This document shows, in pieces, positions 21,234-31,824 of a stretch of DNA of 64,000 bases; the first letter of the stretch is position 1, and the number at the start of each line of letters is the position of its first letter. This stretch comes from an uncultured Chloroflexia bacterium (GTDB lineage Bacteria; Chloroflexota; Limnocylindria; Limnocylindrales; CSP1-4): positions 128,001-192,000 of the forward strand of contig CAVXPZ010000003.1 in assembly GCA_963763775.1 (NCBI GenBank), in the 5' to 3' direction. The position numbers and the translations under genes are program-made. The notes beneath the pieces were generated by a model that searched no databases, was not told where the DNA came from, and saw only the letters and a list, made by a program, of their open reading frames with translations.

Positions 21234-22005
21234 ATGCCGCGCGTCAGCCGTTTCTCGATCGCCCCGGTCCGAAGCCTCGGGCTGGAGCATCCCGACGCGA
21301 TCGACGTCACCGAGGTCGGCGTCGTCGAGGACCGGCGGTTCTTCCTCGCCGACGCCGACGACCGACTGGTCGACCGGCTCGATCGTCGGCGAGCTCGTGC
21401 AGATCGCGACGCACACCGACCCGGAGGCGACCACGCTCCGGATGACGTTCCCGGACGGCCGCGTGATCGAGGGCGAGGTGCGTCTCGGCGGTCCGATCGA
21501 GACGCCGATCTACAAGCGCGTCGGGGTCGGGCACGTCGTGGAGGGCCCCTGGGCCGAGGCGCTCTCCGCCTTCTGCGGTCGCCCGATCACCCTGGTCCGT
21601 TGCGATCGTCCGGCCGGGACACGGTCAGGCAACCCCGTGAGCCTCATCACCGATGGCTCGCTCGAAGAGCTCGCCGGTCACGCCGGCGTCGATGGGGTGG
21701 ACGGCCGACGGTTCCGGATGCTCATCGAACTCGAGGGCGCGGTGCCGCGGGAGGAGGACACCTGGATCGGCCGGCAGGTCGCGCTCGGGAGCGCCGTGCT
21801 GACGATCACCAAACCCGACGCCCGGTGCGCGATCACGACGCAGCACCCGGACACCGGCGTTCGCGACCTCGACACGCTCCGGACGCTCATCGCCTACCGA
21901 GGCCTTCGCGACGGGAACAAGGTGGACTTCGGCGTGCTGGGTGAGGTCGCGGCGCCCGGACGGATCGCGCTCGGGGACGAGGTCCGGGTCCTCGAGCCGG
22001 CCTAG
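21234..22005 (+). CDS. MOSC domain-containing protein (frameshift near 21380)
   Basis: IAPVRSL...DRRF N-terminal barrel, DGRRFRMLIEL, RCAITT, FGVLGEV...GRIALGD. Confidence 0.85.
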
Positions 22006-22814
22006 CCGGAGATCTCGGCCCGCTCCGTGAACAGGGCCGTGACGAGCAGCGCCCCGATGAGCCACGCGGCCACGACCACGAGCGCCAGCTCGGGATCGAG
22101 TCGCACGGGGCCGCTACCACCGCCCGTGGACGCCGTCGTCGCCACCACGGCGGTGGCGGCATTGAAGGGCAGGAACTTCACGATGTCGGGCAGGAAGATC
22201 GAGGCGAACTGCTCGCCGAAGTAGACGGCGATCCCCACCCCGATCCCGGCGAGCTGGCTTCGCGCGAGCGTCGCGATCGCGAACCCGAGCGCGCAGGCCT
22301 CGGCGAGCGCCAGCCAGCCACGCGCCAGGAGCTCCGGGACCTTGCCAAGGGTGGCCGCGTCGCTGACGCCGGCCGTGGGCACCTGGGCGATCACCGCGGC
22401 GACGAGCGCGACGACGACGCCGATCGCGAAGGCCACGACCATCCCGATCCCGACCATCACGGCGATCGAGGCGAAGGACACGAGCTGGTAGCGACTCCGG
22501 CTCTCGCCGCGCGCGACCGCCGCCTTGAGCGTCCCCCACGTCCACTCCGAGCCGGCGATCGCCGCACCGTAGATCATCGCGAAGAGGCCACCGAGTCCGA
22601 GGATGAAGGACAGCAGCAGCGAGTACGCGCCGGGGAACGTCAGGAGCAGCAGCGCGGACCGACCGCCGTTCCCGCCATCCGCGCCGGTCTGCTGTCGCGC
22701 CGTCGCCCCGACGGCCAGGTAGATGAGCGCGAGCAGGCCGACCAGCAAGCCGAACGTGACGAACGTGGCCGGCCGGCGGACGAGCTTGCGGAGACCCGAG
22801 CGGAAGAGCCTCAC
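22002..22814 (-). CDS. ABC-2 type transporter permease
   Basis: GSEWTWGTLK motif, about 6 TM, C-terminal ERAEISG; downstream of the ATPase gene. Confidence 0.85.
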   Translation of the reverse strand: MRLFRSGLRKLVRRPATFVTFGLLVGLLALIYLAVGATARQQTGADGGNGGRSALLLLTFPGAYSLLLSFILGLGGLFAMIYGAAIAGSEWTWGTLKAAVARGESRSRYQLVSFASIAVMVGIGMVVAFAIGVVVALVAAVIAQVPTAGVSDAATLGKVPELLARGWLALAEACALGFAIATLARSQLAGIGVGIAVYFGEQFASIFLPDIVKFLPFNAATAVVATTASTGGGSGPVRLDPELALVVVAAWLIGALLVTALFTERAEISG

Positions 22815-23830
22815 GAGGCGCCTCCCGGCCCGGAAGCGTCCGGTCCGCCCGCGGCGGGCGGCGCGACGTTGCCACCGGCGACGCCGAAGAACGTCCCCTC
22901 GTGGTCGGATGAGCCGTCGCCCGCGGTCAGCTCGAGGAACAGCGACTCGAGATCGCTGCCGGTCTCGAGGCCGGAGGCGTAGACGCCGGCCGATGCCAGG
23001 AGCCGATTGACCTCGGCGGCCCGCTCGGGGCCGATCCGCACCGACAGCCAGCCATCGTCCCCGGCCGTCGCCGGCTCGGTCGCCAGGCCGTCGAGGAGCC
23101 GGCGGGCGGCAGCCACCTCGTCGGCGGCCACGCGGACGCGGACGACGCCCTCGCCCTGGAGGAGCTCGTCGATCGGACCCTCGCGGACGAGTCGCCCCGA
23201 CGCGATGATCCCGAGGACGTCCGCCAGTTGCTGGACCTCGCCGAGGATGTGACTCGACACGAACACGGTCTTGCCCGATGCCGCGAGCTGCTTGAGCGTC
23301 TCGCGCATGGCCACGATGCCCGCCGGATCGAGGCCGTTGGATGGTTCGTCGAGCAGGAGCAGCGTCGGGTCGCTGAGGAGCGCGGCGGCGATCCCGAGGC
23401 GCTGCTTCATCCCGAGCGAGTACGTCTGGACCTTGTCGCGCGCTCGCTCCCGCAGCCCGACCAGCTCGAGCAGCTCCTCGATCCGCTTCGCCGGCGTCGG
23501 GGCACCGACGGCGGCGAGCGCCCGGAGGTTCTCGCGCGCCGACAGGTACGGGTAGAAGGACGGCGACTCGATGAGCGCCCCGACATCGAACAGGTGGCGG
23601 CGGTCGTGGCGGCCGAAGGGCCGGCCGAGGACTTCGATCGTGCCGGCATCCTGGTGGATGAGCCCGGTGAGCAACCGCATCGTGGTCGTCTTGCCGGCGC
23701 CGTTCGGCCCGAGGAAGCCGTACACGACGCCGGCGGGCACCGACAGGTCGAGGCCGGCGAGGGCCAGGCGCTGGCCGTATCGCTTCTGCAGGCCGCGCGT
23801 CTTCAGGGCAAGTCCGTCGGTCATGGGCAT
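22811..23830 (-). CDS. ABC transporter ATP-binding protein
   Basis: GPNGAGKTT, YSLGMKQRL, LLLDEPSNGLDP, VSSHIL. Confidence 0.95.
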   Translation of the reverse strand: MPMTDGLALKTRGLQKRYGQRLALAGLDLSVPAGVVYGFLGPNGAGKTTTMRLLTGLIHQDAGTIEVLGRPFGRHDRRHLFDVGALIESPSFYPYLSARENLRALAAVGAPTPAKRIEELLELVGLRERARDKVQTYSLGMKQRLGIAAALLSDPTLLLLDEPSNGLDPAGIVAMRETLKQLAASGKTVFVSSHILGEVQQLADVLGIIASGRLVREGPIDELLQGEGVVRVRVAADEVAAARRLLDGLATEPATAGDDGWLSVRIGPERAAEVNRLLASAGVYASGLETGSDLESLFLELTAGDGSSDHEGTFFGVAGGNVAPPAAGGPDASGPGGAS

Positions 23831-23860
23831 CCCGATACTGGGAGCGGGCCGGCTGATGTG

Positions 23861-24479
23861 TCAACCGACGGGCCGGGCGACCTCCGAGCGGCGGCCGACC
23901 CAGCGACGGACGATGACGACCCAGGCGAACGCGCGCGAACGCGATCAGCGGCGACACGAGGACGGCCGCCGTGACACCGTCGCGGAGCACGAGCCCGGCG
24001 GCCATCCCGGCTGGGCCGGTCCCCTTGATGAAGGCCACCACCAGGTAGACCCCGATCATCGCGGAGGCGACGGCCGCGAGCGGGACGCCGACGGCGAGCG
24101 CGAGACCGGCGCTCGCCGCGGAGGCTCGGGATCCGAGGGCCGCGGGCGTCAGCCCGGCGCCGAGGAGCGCCAGGGCCGGGATGCTCATCACGACGACCAG
24201 GATCCCGGCACCGTCCGGGGCGCCAAGGCCCTCGGGCGGCGTGACCAGCGCCGCGACCCACACGACCGGTGCGTACAGCACGGCGGCGACGATGGCGCCG
24301 CGTCGCGAGGCCTTGATCATCGCGAGGCGCTGCCCGGTCGGGTCGGGCACCCACTGCGGGTCGGACGGCGAGATCACGCGGAACGGTTCGTCAGACAGGG
24401 TTCGCCACCAGGGTCGCAGGTCGCATCGACCCGAGCCTACCAGCCGTCCTCGCCCGCCCAGCCCTGACCTCCGGGCCAT
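23861..24479 (-). CDS. Hypothetical membrane protein (start uncertain, frameshift near 23935)
   Basis: Four to five hydrophobic helices in the N-terminal part of ORF 22002..24479. Confidence 0.5.
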
Positions 24480-25237
24480 CAGCCGGTCGGTGAGGGTCCC
24501 ATCCGCCAGCGCACGCCGAGCAGGTCCGTCTCGGTGCTCGCATGACCTCGCGCCATGAGGTGCACCGTCGTCCGCGGCGTCGCCGGTCCGCGACGCGGTC
24601 GCAGGCGCAGGCGTTGCGAGCCGATGTCCGCGTCACGCGCGCCGCCGCCCGCGAGCGACGGTCGGAACCGGAGGCCGACGGCACGCAGATCCGCCTGGCT
24701 CTGGCGGTTCACGTCGTCGACGGCCAGTTCCAGCACGGTCAGTCGCGTCGGTCCGTCGGCTCGGGCCGCGCGATCCTCGGGCGTCCATTCCGCGGCCGAC
24801 GAGTCGTGCTCGATGAGGAAGGGCGGCCGGTCGGGATCCAGTCGCGTCCCTGCCGCGAGTCGCCAACGAACGACTCGTCCGTCCGGGCGGAGGCGCTCGC
24901 CACCGATCGGCTCGGCGAGGTCCGACCCCTGCGCCCGAAGGGCGGCGACGTCCGCGTCGATGTCGTCGGACGCGATCGCCCAGGTGGCCAGCCCGCCGCC
25001 GGTCTCCAGCGCCCGCAGCGTCGGCGCCCCGATCCACGAGGCGGCGGCAAGGACTGGGTCGAACACCCCGATGAGCTCGAGATACGTGTCGCCGAGCCAG
25101 ACGAGACGATTGAAGGTGCCGAGCGCCTCGTGTCGACCGCCGCCGCCGGCCACCAGGCCGAGGTTCGTCTCGAGCTCGGCGGCCGCCGCGTCGGGGTCGA
25201 CGACGGCGATCACGAGGTGGTCGATCCCGGTTTGCAT
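24479..25237 (-). CDS. VOC/glyoxalase-like family protein
   Basis: IDHLVIAV, GGGRHEALGTFNRLV, YLELI, PFLIEH. Confidence 0.85.
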   Translation of the reverse strand: MQTGIDHLVIAVVDPDAAAAELETNLGLVAGGGGRHEALGTFNRLVWLGDTYLELIGVFDPVLAAASWIGAPTLRALETGGGLATWAIASDDIDADVAALRAQGSDLAEPIGGERLRPDGRVVRWRLAAGTRLDPDRPPFLIEHDSSAAEWTPEDRAARADGPTRLTVLELAVDDVNRQSQADLRAVGLRFRPSLAGGGARDADIGSQRLRLRPRRGPATPRTTVHLMARGHASTETDLLGVRWRMGPSPTG

Positions 25238-25335
25238 CGCCGGAGCGTACAGGGGCCGGGGCAAGGCCCGGTGGCGGGCTCGCGTGAGACTCGGACGCGA
25301 CACGGGGGCGGTGCCGCGGTCGCTAGGATGACGCG

Positions 25336-26151
25336 GTGAGCCCCACCGTCCGCCTCGAGCGCACCGGACCCGGCGGCGCCGTCGCTCGCGTCTGGCTCTC
25401 CCGGTCCGATGTCCACAACGCGTTCGACGCCACGCTGATCGCCGAGCTCCGGACCACCTTCGCGGCGCTCGCCCGCGAGACGCCGACCCAGCTCCGCGCG
25501 GTCGTCATCGGCGGCGACGGGCCGTCGTTCAGCGCCGGTGCGGACCTCGCGTGGATGCGCGCCGCCTCGTCTCTCAGCGTCGAGGCGAACGAGCAGGACG
25601 CGATGGCCATGGCGGACATGCTCGAGGTGATCGACACCTGCCCCGCTCCGGTCGTCGCTCGGGTGCACGGCGCCGCGCTCGGCGGCGGCATGGGTCTATG
25701 CGCCGTCGCGGACCTCGTCATCGCCGAGAGCGGCACGCGGTTCGGCTTCACCGAGACGCGGCTCGGCATCCTGCCGGCGGTCATCTCGCCGTTCGTCATC
25801 GCGAAGATCGGCGAGAGCCAGGCACGGGCCCTGTTCCCCGGTGCACGGCGCATCGATGCCGTGCGGGCGCAGCGCATCGGCCTGGTCCACGAGGTGGTGG
25901 AAGGTGACGACGCGCTCGATGCCGCCGTCGATGCGGCGGTGGCCGATCTGCTGATGGCCGGCCCGACGGCGGCACGGGCGGCCAAGGCGATCGTGCGCGA
26001 GGTGCGCGGTCTGGGGCACGGCTCGGCGAAGTGGCACACCGCCCGCGTCATCGCGCGCCAGCGGGTCAGCGACGAAGCCCGCGAGGGGTTCGCGGCGTTC
26101 GACGAGAAGCGCCGCCCGGCGTGGGCACCGCCCGATCCGGACGGTGGCTGA
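25336..26151 (+). CDS. liuC: Enoyl-CoA hydratase family protein, probable methylglutaconyl-CoA hydratase
   Basis: HNAFD, FSAGADLAWM, HGAALGGGMGL, FGFTETRLGILPAVISP; located in the leucine catabolism cluster. Confidence 0.85.
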   Translation: MSPTVRLERTGPGGAVARVWLSRSDVHNAFDATLIAELRTTFAALARETPTQLRAVVIGGDGPSFSAGADLAWMRAASSLSVEANEQDAMAMADMLEVIDTCPAPVVARVHGAALGGGMGLCAVADLVIAESGTRFGFTETRLGILPAVISPFVIAKIGESQARALFPGARRIDAVRAQRIGLVHEVVEGDDALDAAVDAAVADLLMAGPTAARAAKAIVREVRGLGHGSAKWHTARVIARQRVSDEAREGFAAFDEKRRPAWAPPDPDGG

Positions 26152-26665
26152 CCGCACCGTCGCCTGCCTCGGCTGCGGCGGGATCGTCCCCGACGTCGAC
26201 GGGCCGTCGCATCGATACATGCTCGCGTCGCCCGGGTGCTGGGCAGCGTATGGGTCGTTCCTGTCTGGCGGGCTCCAAGGCTCGACATCCGGTCCACTCG
26301 CACGGCCGCAGGCGGCGTTGACCGTCGACGCGTATGCCGTCCAGCATCCCGGCGTCCCAGGACCGCAGGCGACCCAGTCGGTCTGGGTGCACCTGATCAC
26401 GCTGCACCTGGTCCTCGATGGAGGCTGGGCACCGTCACAGGCCATCCGCCTTCGCACGATCGGTGCGGACGCGTCGGCCGGCTGGGCGTGGCTCGAACCG
26501 CCCCGATCGATGGGTCCGGTGACCGCCATCGACGTGGTCCACGCCGACGAGCTTGACCTCAGCACGACCGTGCGTGCCTGGGTCGACGGGGCCTGGGCCG
26601 CATGGTCGGTCCACCATCCCGCAGTCCGGGCGACGGCCGCGGACCTGGTGCGCCAGCTGGACTGA
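26144..26665 (+). CDS. Hypothetical protein (DUF5946-like)
   Basis: CLGCG, HRYMLASPGCW, VDAYAVQHPG, QSVWVHLITL. Confidence 0.7.
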   Translation: MADRTVACLGCGGIVPDVDGPSHRYMLASPGCWAAYGSFLSGGLQGSTSGPLARPQAALTVDAYAVQHPGVPGPQATQSVWVHLITLHLVLDGGWAPSQAIRLRTIGADASAGWAWLEPPRSMGPVTAIDVVHADELDLSTTVRAWVDGAWAAWSVHHPAVRATAADLVRQLD

Positions 26666-26686
26666 TATGCGACGATCGCGACATCG

Positions 26687-28705
26687 ATGCCGGATGAGCT
26701 GAGTCCAAGCGAGGTCGCACGTCGCCTCGGGACGTCCACGAGGACCGTCCAGCGGTGGATCGAGGCAGGCCGGCTCCCCGCTCGACGCGTCGGCGGGCGG
26801 TGGCGTGTCGCGTCTGACGCGTTCGGCGCGTTCGAACGGGAGACGGCAGGCCGATCCGCGCCGGAACGGCGGATCCGGGCGCTCTTCATCGCCAATCGCG
26901 GCGAGATCGCCACGCGGATCGCGCGAACATGCGACCGCATCGGCATTCGGGTGGTCACGCCGGCGACGGACGGGCCGGAGGCGCTGGACCTGCTCGACGG
27001 CGATGCTGTGGTCGCGGCCGCGCGCGCTTCGGGCGCGGACGCGGTCCATCCCGGCTTCGGGTTCCTTGCCGAGAACGCGGCGTTCGCGGAGCTCGTGATC
27101 GCCGCCGGCCTGATCTGGGTCGGACCGCCGCCCGAGGCGATCCGGACGATGGGCGACAAGGCCGCCGCACGGCGGCTCGCGGCGTCCCTGGGCGTGCCCG
27201 TGCTGCCCGGCTACGACGACACCGACCAGTCCGACGCCGCCTTCGCCGCGGCGGCGGAGCGCATCGGCTGGCCGCTCCTGGTGAAGCCTGCCGCGGGCGG
27301 TGGCGGCAAAGGCATGCGCGTGGTCCGCGACCCCGCCACGTTCCATGACGCGCTCGGCGGCGCTCGCCGGGAGGCACGCGCCGCGTTCGGGGACGAGCGG
27401 CTCATCCTCGAGCGCCTCGTCGACGGCGGCCGTCACGTCGAGATCCAGGTCCTGTTCGATGCCCACGGGCACGGCGTGCACCTCGGCGAGCGCGACTGCT
27501 CGATCCAGCGCCGCCACCAGAAGGTGCTCGAGGAAACCCCGTCCCCGGCCGTCGACGCCGGGCTACGCGACCGGCTCGGCGCGGCCGCGCTCACGTTGGC
27601 CGCCGCCGTCGGCTACGTGGGTGCCGGCACGGTCGAGTTCCTCGTCGACGATCGTGGGGCGCCGTCGTTCCTGGAGATGAACACACGGCTCCAGGTCGAG
27701 CACCCCGTCACGGAGATGGTCACGGGACGGGACCTCGTGGCAGACCAGCTGCGGATCGCCGCCGGCGAGCCACTCGGGTTCACGCAAGAGGACGTCGTGT
27801 CCCGCGGGGATGCGGTCGAGGTGCGTCTCTATGCCGAGGACGCCGAGGCCGGTTTCCTGCCGCAGACCGGTCGCGTCGAGGCGCTGCGCTGGCCGACGGG
27901 CGAGGGTGTCCGCGTCGATGCCGGCATCGAGGTCGGCACGGAGATCGGCGGCCGCTTCGACCCGATGCTCGCGAAGGTCGTCGCATGGGGCCCGTCACGG
28001 GACGTGGCGCTCGACCGGTTGACCGCCGCCCTCGACGCGACACTGGTGCTCGGGCTTGTGACGAATCTGCGGTTCCTGCGCTGGCTCGTCCGGCAGCCGG
28101 TCGTCCGCGACGGCGCCGCCCGGACCGATACGCTCGACCGGATCTGGCCGCCCGACGACTGGGCGTCGCGGACCGCGATCCCCGATGAGGCGTGGGCGGC
28201 GGCAGCCCGGGCGCTGGCTGCGGGCACGGCCGGCGGCGGCGATCCGTGGAGCGACGGGTGGCGGCTCAACGGCCCCGCGAGGATCCGGCTGGTCGCCGAC
28301 GGCGTCGAGCGCACGGCTCCCGCGGCCGTCGGCTCGGCGGGGCCCGCAGTCGACGAGCCGGCCGCCGTGCGGGTCGGGGAGATGGTCCATGTCGACATCG
28401 CCGGGCGGAGCGTCGCCATCACGGCCGCGGCGGCGCCCGACATCGACCGGGCCGCGCACCGGTCCGGCGCCGGTCCGGGCGGCACGGCCGAGATCGTCGC
28501 GCCGATGCCGGGCCAGGTCCTCACCGTCCATGTCCGCCTGGGCGATCGGGTGGAGGCCGGTGACGGGATCGTCACCCTGGAGGCCATGAAGATGGAGCAC
28601 CGGGTCACGACGCCGGTGGATGGGACCGTCACGGCGCTCGAGGTCGCGGCCGGCGATCAGGTCGCGCGCGCGCAGGGCCTCGCGACGATCGAGCCGTCGC
28701 CGTAG
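26687..28705 (+). CDS. liuD: Biotin carboxylase/biotin carrier (MCC alpha) subunit with N-terminal excisionase-type HTH
   Basis: IANRGEIA, HPGFGFLAEN, GGGGKGMR, ERDCSIQRRHQK, EMNTRLQVEHPVTE, biotinyl EAMKME. N-terminal LSPSEVARRLGTSTRTVQRWIEAGRLPARRVGGRWRV. Confidence 0.9.
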   Translation: MPDELSPSEVARRLGTSTRTVQRWIEAGRLPARRVGGRWRVASDAFGAFERETAGRSAPERRIRALFIANRGEIATRIARTCDRIGIRVVTPATDGPEALDLLDGDAVVAAARASGADAVHPGFGFLAENAAFAELVIAAGLIWVGPPPEAIRTMGDKAAARRLAASLGVPVLPGYDDTDQSDAAFAAAAERIGWPLLVKPAAGGGGKGMRVVRDPATFHDALGGARREARAAFGDERLILERLVDGGRHVEIQVLFDAHGHGVHLGERDCSIQRRHQKVLEETPSPAVDAGLRDRLGAAALTLAAAVGYVGAGTVEFLVDDRGAPSFLEMNTRLQVEHPVTEMVTGRDLVADQLRIAAGEPLGFTQEDVVSRGDAVEVRLYAEDAEAGFLPQTGRVEALRWPTGEGVRVDAGIEVGTEIGGRFDPMLAKVVAWGPSRDVALDRLTAALDATLVLGLVTNLRFLRWLVRQPVVRDGAARTDTLDRIWPPDDWASRTAIPDEAWAAAARALAAGTAGGGDPWSDGWRLNGPARIRLVADGVERTAPAAVGSAGPAVDEPAAVRVGEMVHVDIAGRSVAITAAAAPDIDRAAHRSGAGPGGTAEIVAPMPGQVLTVHVRLGDRVEAGDGIVTLEAMKMEHRVTTPVDGTVTALEVAAGDQVARAQGLATIEPSP

Positions 28706-28716
28706 ACTTCCGAGCC

Positions 28717-28905
28717 ATGGCCCACCACGAGACCCCCCTGCCGCAGACCCGCGAGGCGCTGCTGGCCCTGCATGCCGAGACCCGCAAGCGGCGCAACGCG
28801 GCCGAGTGGGGCAGCCATGAGCACACCGAGGCCATCGACCTGATCGGCCGCATCGAGGTCGAGATCGCCCGCATCGAGCGGGCGATGGATCCGCCACGGG
28901 TCTGA
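28717..28905 (+). CDS. Small hypothetical helical protein
   Basis: 62-aa ORF with typical codon usage, filling the gap within the operon. Confidence 0.55.
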   Translation: MAHHETPLPQTREALLALHAETRKRRNAAEWGSHEHTEAIDLIGRIEVEIARIERAMDPPRV

Positions 28906-28942
28906 TCGTCGCCCTGGCGACGACGGCCGCGGGTCACCGGCG

Positions 28943-29881
28943 ATGACCCTGCCGACCATGAGCGAACGCGTCCGGATCTACGAAGTCGGGCCTCGCGACG
29001 GGTTGCAGAACGAGGCGACGCCGATCCCGGTCGACGCCAAGCGACGATTCATCGAGCTGCTCGCCGACGCCGGGCTCGCCGAGATCGAGGCCACCTCGTT
29101 CGTGTCACCCCGGGCGATCCCCCAGCTCGCCGACGCGGACGAGCTGCTGTCGGGGTTGCCCCGTCGTCCCGGCGTCCGCTACCCCGTGCTCGTCCCGAAC
29201 GAGCGCGGGATGGCCCGGGCCGAGACGGCCGGCGCCGATGCCTTGGCGGTCTTCACCGCGACGACGGACGCCTTCACCCAGGCCAACATCGGCATGACGG
29301 TCGAGGCCTCGCTGGCGGCCTTCGCCCCGGTGCTCGCCAGAGCCGCGGAGCTCGGCTGGTGGCGGCGCGGCTACGTGTCCACGGCGTTCGGCTGTCCCTA
29401 CACGGGGGCGGTCGTACCCGAACGGGCGGTGGCCGTCGCCCTCCGGCTGCTCGAGCTCGGCGTGGACGAGGTCTGCTTCGGCGACACGATCGGCGTGGGC
29501 GTCCCGAGCCAGGTGGCCGCGCTGACCGGCGCCGCGGTCGCGGCCGGCATCCCGCTCGACCGCGTCGCCTTCCACTTCCACGACACGCGCGGCACGGCCC
29601 TCGCCAACGTCGCCGCCGGTCTCGATGCCGGGGTCCGCTGCTTCGACTCGGCGGCTGGCGGCACCGGCGGCTGCCCGTATGCCCCGGGAGCGGCCGGCAA
29701 CCTCGCCACGGAGGACCTGGTCTACTTCCTCGACGCGTCCGGCTGGGAGACCGGCGTCTCGCTCGGCGGCGTGCTGGCGGCCGCGCGATACGTGAGCTCG
29801 GCGCTCGGCAGGCCGCTCGCGAGCAAGGTCGGCCAGGCGGGTGGCTGGGATCCGACGACGGGGGCGGCCTCCGACCGCTGA
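28943..29881 (+). CDS. liuE: Hydroxymethylglutaryl-CoA lyase
   Basis: EVGPRDGLQNE, SFVSPRAIPQLAD, HFHDTRG, GGCPYAPGAAGNLATED. Confidence 0.95.
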   Translation: MTLPTMSERVRIYEVGPRDGLQNEATPIPVDAKRRFIELLADAGLAEIEATSFVSPRAIPQLADADELLSGLPRRPGVRYPVLVPNERGMARAETAGADALAVFTATTDAFTQANIGMTVEASLAAFAPVLARAAELGWWRRGYVSTAFGCPYTGAVVPERAVAVALRLLELGVDEVCFGDTIGVGVPSQVAALTGAAVAAGIPLDRVAFHFHDTRGTALANVAAGLDAGVRCFDSAAGGTGGCPYAPGAAGNLATEDLVYFLDASGWETGVSLGGVLAAARYVSSALGRPLASKVGQAGGWDPTTGAASDR

Positions 29882-29915
29882 GCACCATCCGACGTCTCTG
29901 CTATCGTCCGCGACG

Positions 29916-30431
29916 ATGGACGGTGTCGTACTCGTACTGAACCAGAATTACGAGCCGCTGAACGTCTGCAACGTCCCGCGGGCCTTCCGGCTGCTCTTCG
30001 GCGAAAAGGCCGAGGTGATCGAGTACGACCATCAGATGATCCGCACGCCGCGGACCGAGTACCGGGCGCCGTCGGTCATCCGCCTCCAGCACCTCATCCG
30101 CCGGCCGCGGCCGCGCGTGAAGCTGTCCCGACGCGAGATCTTCGCGCGCGACCGGCACACCTGCCAGTACTGCGGGCGGCAGGCGCACGACATGACCCTC
30201 GACCACGTCGTCCCGCGTCATCGCGGCGGCGGGCACACGTGGGAGAACCTCGTGACGGCGTGCAAGTCGTGCAACCACCGCAAGGGCGGCAAGACGCTCG
30301 AGGAGGCGCGGCTGCGACTGATGCGCCCGCCGTTCGAGCCCCGCAACGACATCTACTCGCTGTTCACGCCGTACCTCGCCGACGAGAAGAACGAGGCGTG
30401 GCGCTCGTACCTCTTCCTGGGACGGAACTGA
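29916..30431 (+). CDS. HNH endonuclease (McrA-like)
   Basis: VLVLNQNYEPL, PSVIRL, RDRHTCQYCG, TLDHVVPRHRGG..WENLVTACKSCNHRKG. Confidence 0.92.
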   Translation: MDGVVLVLNQNYEPLNVCNVPRAFRLLFGEKAEVIEYDHQMIRTPRTEYRAPSVIRLQHLIRRPRPRVKLSRREIFARDRHTCQYCGRQAHDMTLDHVVPRHRGGGHTWENLVTACKSCNHRKGGKTLEEARLRLMRPPFEPRNDIYSLFTPYLADEKNEAWRSYLFLGRN

Positions 30432-31824
30432 CCGCGTCGGATCTCGACGCGGCCATCCGGGCGGCGGTCCCGGCGCCCGTCCGCGAACTCCTCGAGACGT
30501 TCTGGGGCGCTGGCCATGCCGGCTACGTGGTCGGCGGCTCGTTGCGTGACGTCATCCTCGGGCGCGCGGCGGCCGACTGGGACCTCGCGACCGATGCCCG
30601 GCCGGACGTCATGGTCGACCTGCTCCCGGACGCCGTGTACGAGAACCGCTTCGGGACCGTGGCCGTCCGCCGCGACGGCGAGGTGTTCGAGATCACGACG
30701 TTCCGGTCCGACCACGACTACGCGGACTTCCGGCGGCCGCATCGCGTCGAGTTCGGCGACACGATCGAGCTCGACCTCGCTCGTCGCGATTTCACGTGCA
30801 ACGCGATGGCCTGGGGGAGCGCGGCGGGCGTGGTGTCGGCTGGCGGAACGCCCGAGCTCGTGGACCCGTACGGCGGCGCCGCGGATGTCGACGCGCGGCT
30901 CCTCCGAGCGGTCGGCGACCCACCACGCCGGTTCGAGGAGGACGCGCTCCGCATGGTCCGAGCGGTCCGGCTCGCGGCCACCCTCGGCTTCCGCGTCGAG
31001 CCGTCGACGCTCGACGGCGATCCGGGCCCGGGCCGACCTGGTCCGCCACCTCTCGGGCGAGCGGATCGCGGCGGAGCTCGACAAGCTGCTCGCCGCCGAG
31101 CGGCCGTCGATCGGCCTGCGACTGATGCTGCGACACGGACCTCCTCCGGGGGATCTCGCCCGAGCTGGCCGACCAGCGCGGGATCCCGCAGAACAAGGTC
31201 CCGGGCGAGGACCTCTGGGACCACACGCTGCGGACCGTCGACGCGGCTCCGGCCGGTCGGCCGGTCGTCCGGTTGGCGGCGCTCCTGCATGACATCGGCA
31301 AGCCGGCGACGTTCGCCGACGGCCACTTCATCGGGCACGACAGTGTCGGCGCGGATCTCGCCGGCGCGTTCCTCGAGCGGCTCCGGTCGCCACGGTCCGT
31401 GCGTGAGCGGATCGTCCATCTCATCCGGCACCACATGTTCAGCTACGAGCCGAACTGGTCCGCCGCGGCGGTCCGTCGGTTCATCGCCAAGATCTCGCTC
31501 GATGGCGCCGCGATGGAGTCGATCGAGGAGCTCTTCGACCTCCGAGCGGCGGACAACGTCGGCTCCGGACTCCCCGCGAATGCCGGCCGGCTGGACGAGC
31601 TCCGCCGCCGCGTGGACGAGGCGGTGGCCGAGGGGGTCGTGCTGGATCGTGGCGACCTCGCCGTGGATGGCAGCGACCTCATGGCCGAGCTGGGCATCGA
31701 GCAGGGGCCGCGGCTCGGGCGCATGCTCGATGTGATGCTGCGCCGCGTACAGGCCGACCCGGCCCTCAACGATCGTCCGAGCCTGCTGCTCATCGCCCAG
31801 GCGATGCTGGCGGACGAGCCGTGA
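30428..31824 (+). CDS. cca: CCA tRNA nucleotidyltransferase / poly(A) polymerase family with HD domain (frameshifts near 31015 and 31130)
   Basis: VVGGSLRD, DWDLAT, DLARRDFTCNAMA, RFEEDALRMVRAVR, SGERI, LLHDIGKP. Confidence 0.88.

Noticed and set aside
22002-24479. 825-aa ORF suggesting a membrane protein-ABC permease fusion
   Set aside because: It reads through the ABC ATPase gene in another frame. Explained by a frameshift near 23935; the permease has its own GTG start at 22814.
26687-26830. Excisionase-like HTH as a prophage/ICE remnant
   Set aside because: In frame with the carboxylase inside a tight operon; no integrase or att-like features.
29916-30431. HNH nuclease as a defence or mobile element marker
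   Set aside because: Common stand-alone McrA-like family in a housekeeping operon (cca, galE), with no methylase, repeats or integrase nearby.
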